A DNA stretch of 64,000 bases from Camelus ferus (taxonomy: Eukaryota), in assembly GCF_009834535.1 (NCBI RefSeq), contig NC_045697.1, forward strand, positions 53,260,001-53,324,000, written 5' to 3'. Positions 61,106 through 64,000 of the stretch are shown here, one piece after another (position 1 is the first letter of the stretch; every line of letters begins with the position of its first letter). The notes under the pieces are model-generated. The model saw nothing but the letters and a program-made list of their open reading frames with translations. It had not been told where the DNA came from and did no database searches. The position numbers and the translations under genes were made by a program.

Positions 61106-63158
61106 CTAAGAAGAAAATGATAATATTGTATCATCTACTAGACTTATATTCCAGAAGTAATGTATGTCTATACACAGAACAACACATACCCATCCATCCT
61201 TAGTCTAACAGAATGTTATTATTTATAACTATTATTAGTTAATATTTTCTAGTGCCCAATATGATATCTAACAAATAGGATTTTAATAACTATTTGTTGA
61301 AAAAAATTAATGAATGAGTGAAAATTGATATCCAGGTTCTTCAATCCAGCATACCAAAGTAATATTTATATTTATTTCTTAAATGGTAAATATTTCCATT
61401 TTCAGCCAATTTTGAAGGAACATTTAATTATCCTTATTTTCCAAACAGTTTATTAGAAATAAAATATTACTGCTTCCTACATTTAAAATCCTTCTATTAA
61501 ATTAAAATCTGGATTTTAGTGAAAAAACATTTATTATGCAAAATTACTTTGGGTTGATGTTTTAAGAAATCACTTTAAAATGAATAAATTCTTCAAAATC
61601 TATTGTGCATTTTTTGGTTACTGTTTATTTTATAATTTTTCTGTCAGTTCAGTGGCTTTTGCCTTTTTGTTTTCCCTCTGCCATTGCTCTGCTTAGTCTA
61701 TTTCTAATTATCTGAAAGCACTTAGTTTAGGACTTAAGTCTGATGCATCGCTTGACCTTTTTGTGCTACCATATACTTCTCATGCCTCTAACAGCATTTG
61801 GCACATTGTATTGCCATTTCTGTGTCCTTATCCAAAACAGAGCTCAATGAGGATAAGTTTAGTATCTTATTTCTGTCTCCCTCATGTCTCTCACATTATG
61901 GGACACATGATCAGCTTTTTAAAAATGTAGAATAGGTATATAAATAATGATAGCGTGGAGAATATTGTTTTTTATAAAATACAGCTATATTTTCAGCTCT
62001 TACCCAGGGTAGTTACTATTTTTCTCACATAAAATTATTTTGTGAAGTTGTCCTGCCCTTCTTCACATTTGGAGGGTTGAAATGACATGATCAAACAAAT
62101 CAAGTTCGTGACAATGTACCTAAAGTTAAAAAATATCCTCTAAAAAAATCCCCGAGCTGGACTTTGGTTGTAGTTTGGCGTCAGCAATGGAGTGTTGAGT
62201 CCTAGAGCTGGATATGAGTGTTAGAGTCTTGGCTCTTCTGCTGTTGAAGGGTGATCACAGACAATATGTTTAACTTCTGTGGCTTCAGTGTCCATATCTC
62301 AAATTGGCTGGTAATATTAACTACCGCCTAGGTTTTTCTGTGACCACGAAATTTATTAAGATAGGCAAAGGGTTTAAAATTGTGACCAGCATTCTGAGGC
62401 CTCAACAAATTATTACTACTGTTATTATTCATTTCTCTGAAACCTACTTTGTCCTGTTGCAGGGCATATAAAAAGAACAAGAAGATAAATTGAGTGAGAC
62501 AGAATTCCAAGATTGGAGATAACCTATATACTGCAAGGACAATATAAGAAAAATAAAAGGTGACTATACAAAAAAAGCAACACTAATATGCATTAGTTTC
62601 TTTGGGTCTCATCATGACTTTTTAAAGCAATGGTTAAAATGTCAAAGAAAGAAACTAGGAAAAATAAATTTTGTGTATTGAAAAAAATGATGATTTTTTC
62701 CAGAGAAAATGATGCAGATAATTTGTTTCAGAAAATCTTCTATAGGAAAACTCTCTTGACGTATATCTTCCACCAAACTGAAATGCTGTCTGAACTTCTT
62801 GGCTCAACTCAAAGGCAGTAGGTAAACATCTCCGTGAACATTATGCTTGTGACAGTTTCCACCCAGAACTATTGCTTGTGGCTGAATGTATCATCAGCTC
62901 TAGAGAAACTTTCTTAAAATTTATTTTCAAAATAGTTATAAAATGCATGCAAATTACACAGATAACTTACACTTGTGAATCAAAAAGGTCTAAGCAAAAT
63001 TGAAAATATTTCATAAACCAAGTAGGATTTAATTAAAGTTGAAACTATATTAAACAGTTTTACAGTCGCAGTCTTTGCACAAAAATCCTATTTATTGTTT
63101 AAATTCCAAGTCTAAAGGCACTTACCATAATCAAGTAGAAGCAGTTAATTCAAGAATC

Positions 63159-64000
63159 TTAAAAGTATCTCTTTAAAAGAGAAAGGAATAACATATTTTA
63201 GCTAAATGTTCATAATAACAAAAGAAAGGAATATTTACATTTCCATGGAGATATTTAGAATGTTCTTTTGGCATCTCATATTCAAACTATAGGACTAAAT
63301 TCTTATTTTCTCTAATCATGGAGAGGATATCTTTAAATGATATAATAAAGTAAATCATATTTTTAAAAATAATGCAAAATGAAGTGACTTGTCAAAATCA
63401 AAAGCTTATTTCATATCAGATCTTCTGATTCCAATCCTATATTCTTTGTACTGAATTGTCAGTTCTCTGGGTTCAAGTTACTGCTTTCCCACTTATTCCT
63501 TACATTAAAAGATGTTTCTTAAGTCACCTTTTAAAAAATGAAATAAAGGAGAATTGTAAATTAGAGCTTGGTCCAGCTAATTTTAGAATTTCAGATAATT
63601 TTATAAAACGTAAGTAATAATCTCTATCTTGACCTACCGTCAAGAATTACTGTAGGAATCCACTGAAACATTATGAGCACACACTCAATAAATTTAAATC
63701 CAATGTAAATGCAATTTATCATTATAATTATTTTCGCTTATTGTAGCTATATTTGTACCATATGATTTATAATTTTATTTCCAGCCTAGAATTTTTAAAT
63801 TTAATTTTGTTTCAGCTTCTGCTTGAGAACTTGTTGGAATTTTATGTCTCTATTTCATGTCCTTAGCTTATTTTTACTACAAAAGATAACTTTTTTTAAA
63901 ACTACAAATAAAAGGTAGAACTCACCAAATTGGGAATAATTTGGTAAGCTTTTACCTTGATGTGATTCCATGGAGTCATAGTTTTCTGATATTGATAAAC
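63159..64000 (-). CDS. CSN1S2: Alpha-S2-casein, 3' coding end (5' part lies beyond the window)
   Basis: Exon 63926/63956-64000+ encodes VYQYQKTMTPWNHIK(VKAYQIIPNL). The 45-nt exon 63126-63170 encodes RYF* followed by GATTCTTGAATTAACTGCTTCTAC, typical of CSN1S2. Confidence 0.95.

Overview
AT-rich mammalian genomic DNA from the casein/SCPP (secretory calcium-binding phosphoprotein) cluster of a camelid. The species call rests on an alphaS2-casein C-terminus ...YQKTMTPWNHIK/RYF, which matches camel as I recall it, and on camelid-type tRNA SINEs. All genes lie on the minus strand. In transcription order they are: the 3' end of CSN1S2 (64000-~60815), an intact PRR27 (~55.7-44.6 kb, 197 aa, with an extra 24-nt exon encoding casein-like NFASSSEE), a ~33-kb interval, and an intact ODAM (~11.2-3.45 kb, 278 aa). 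The PRR27-ODAM interval holds two decayed SCPP/casein-like gene relics in tandem (35.5-33.0 kb and 31.2-29.1 kb). They share a duplicated promoter/exon-1/L2 block and retain signal-peptide exons with dead splice donors. The interval also has STAT5-type GAS clusters and a CpG-retaining CTCF-like site, where the mouse casein-locus super-enhancer is described. The rest is interspersed repeats (L1, L2, MIR, LTRs, DNA transposons, SINEs) and microsatellites. Gene and repeat names come from recognition by eye, not database searches.
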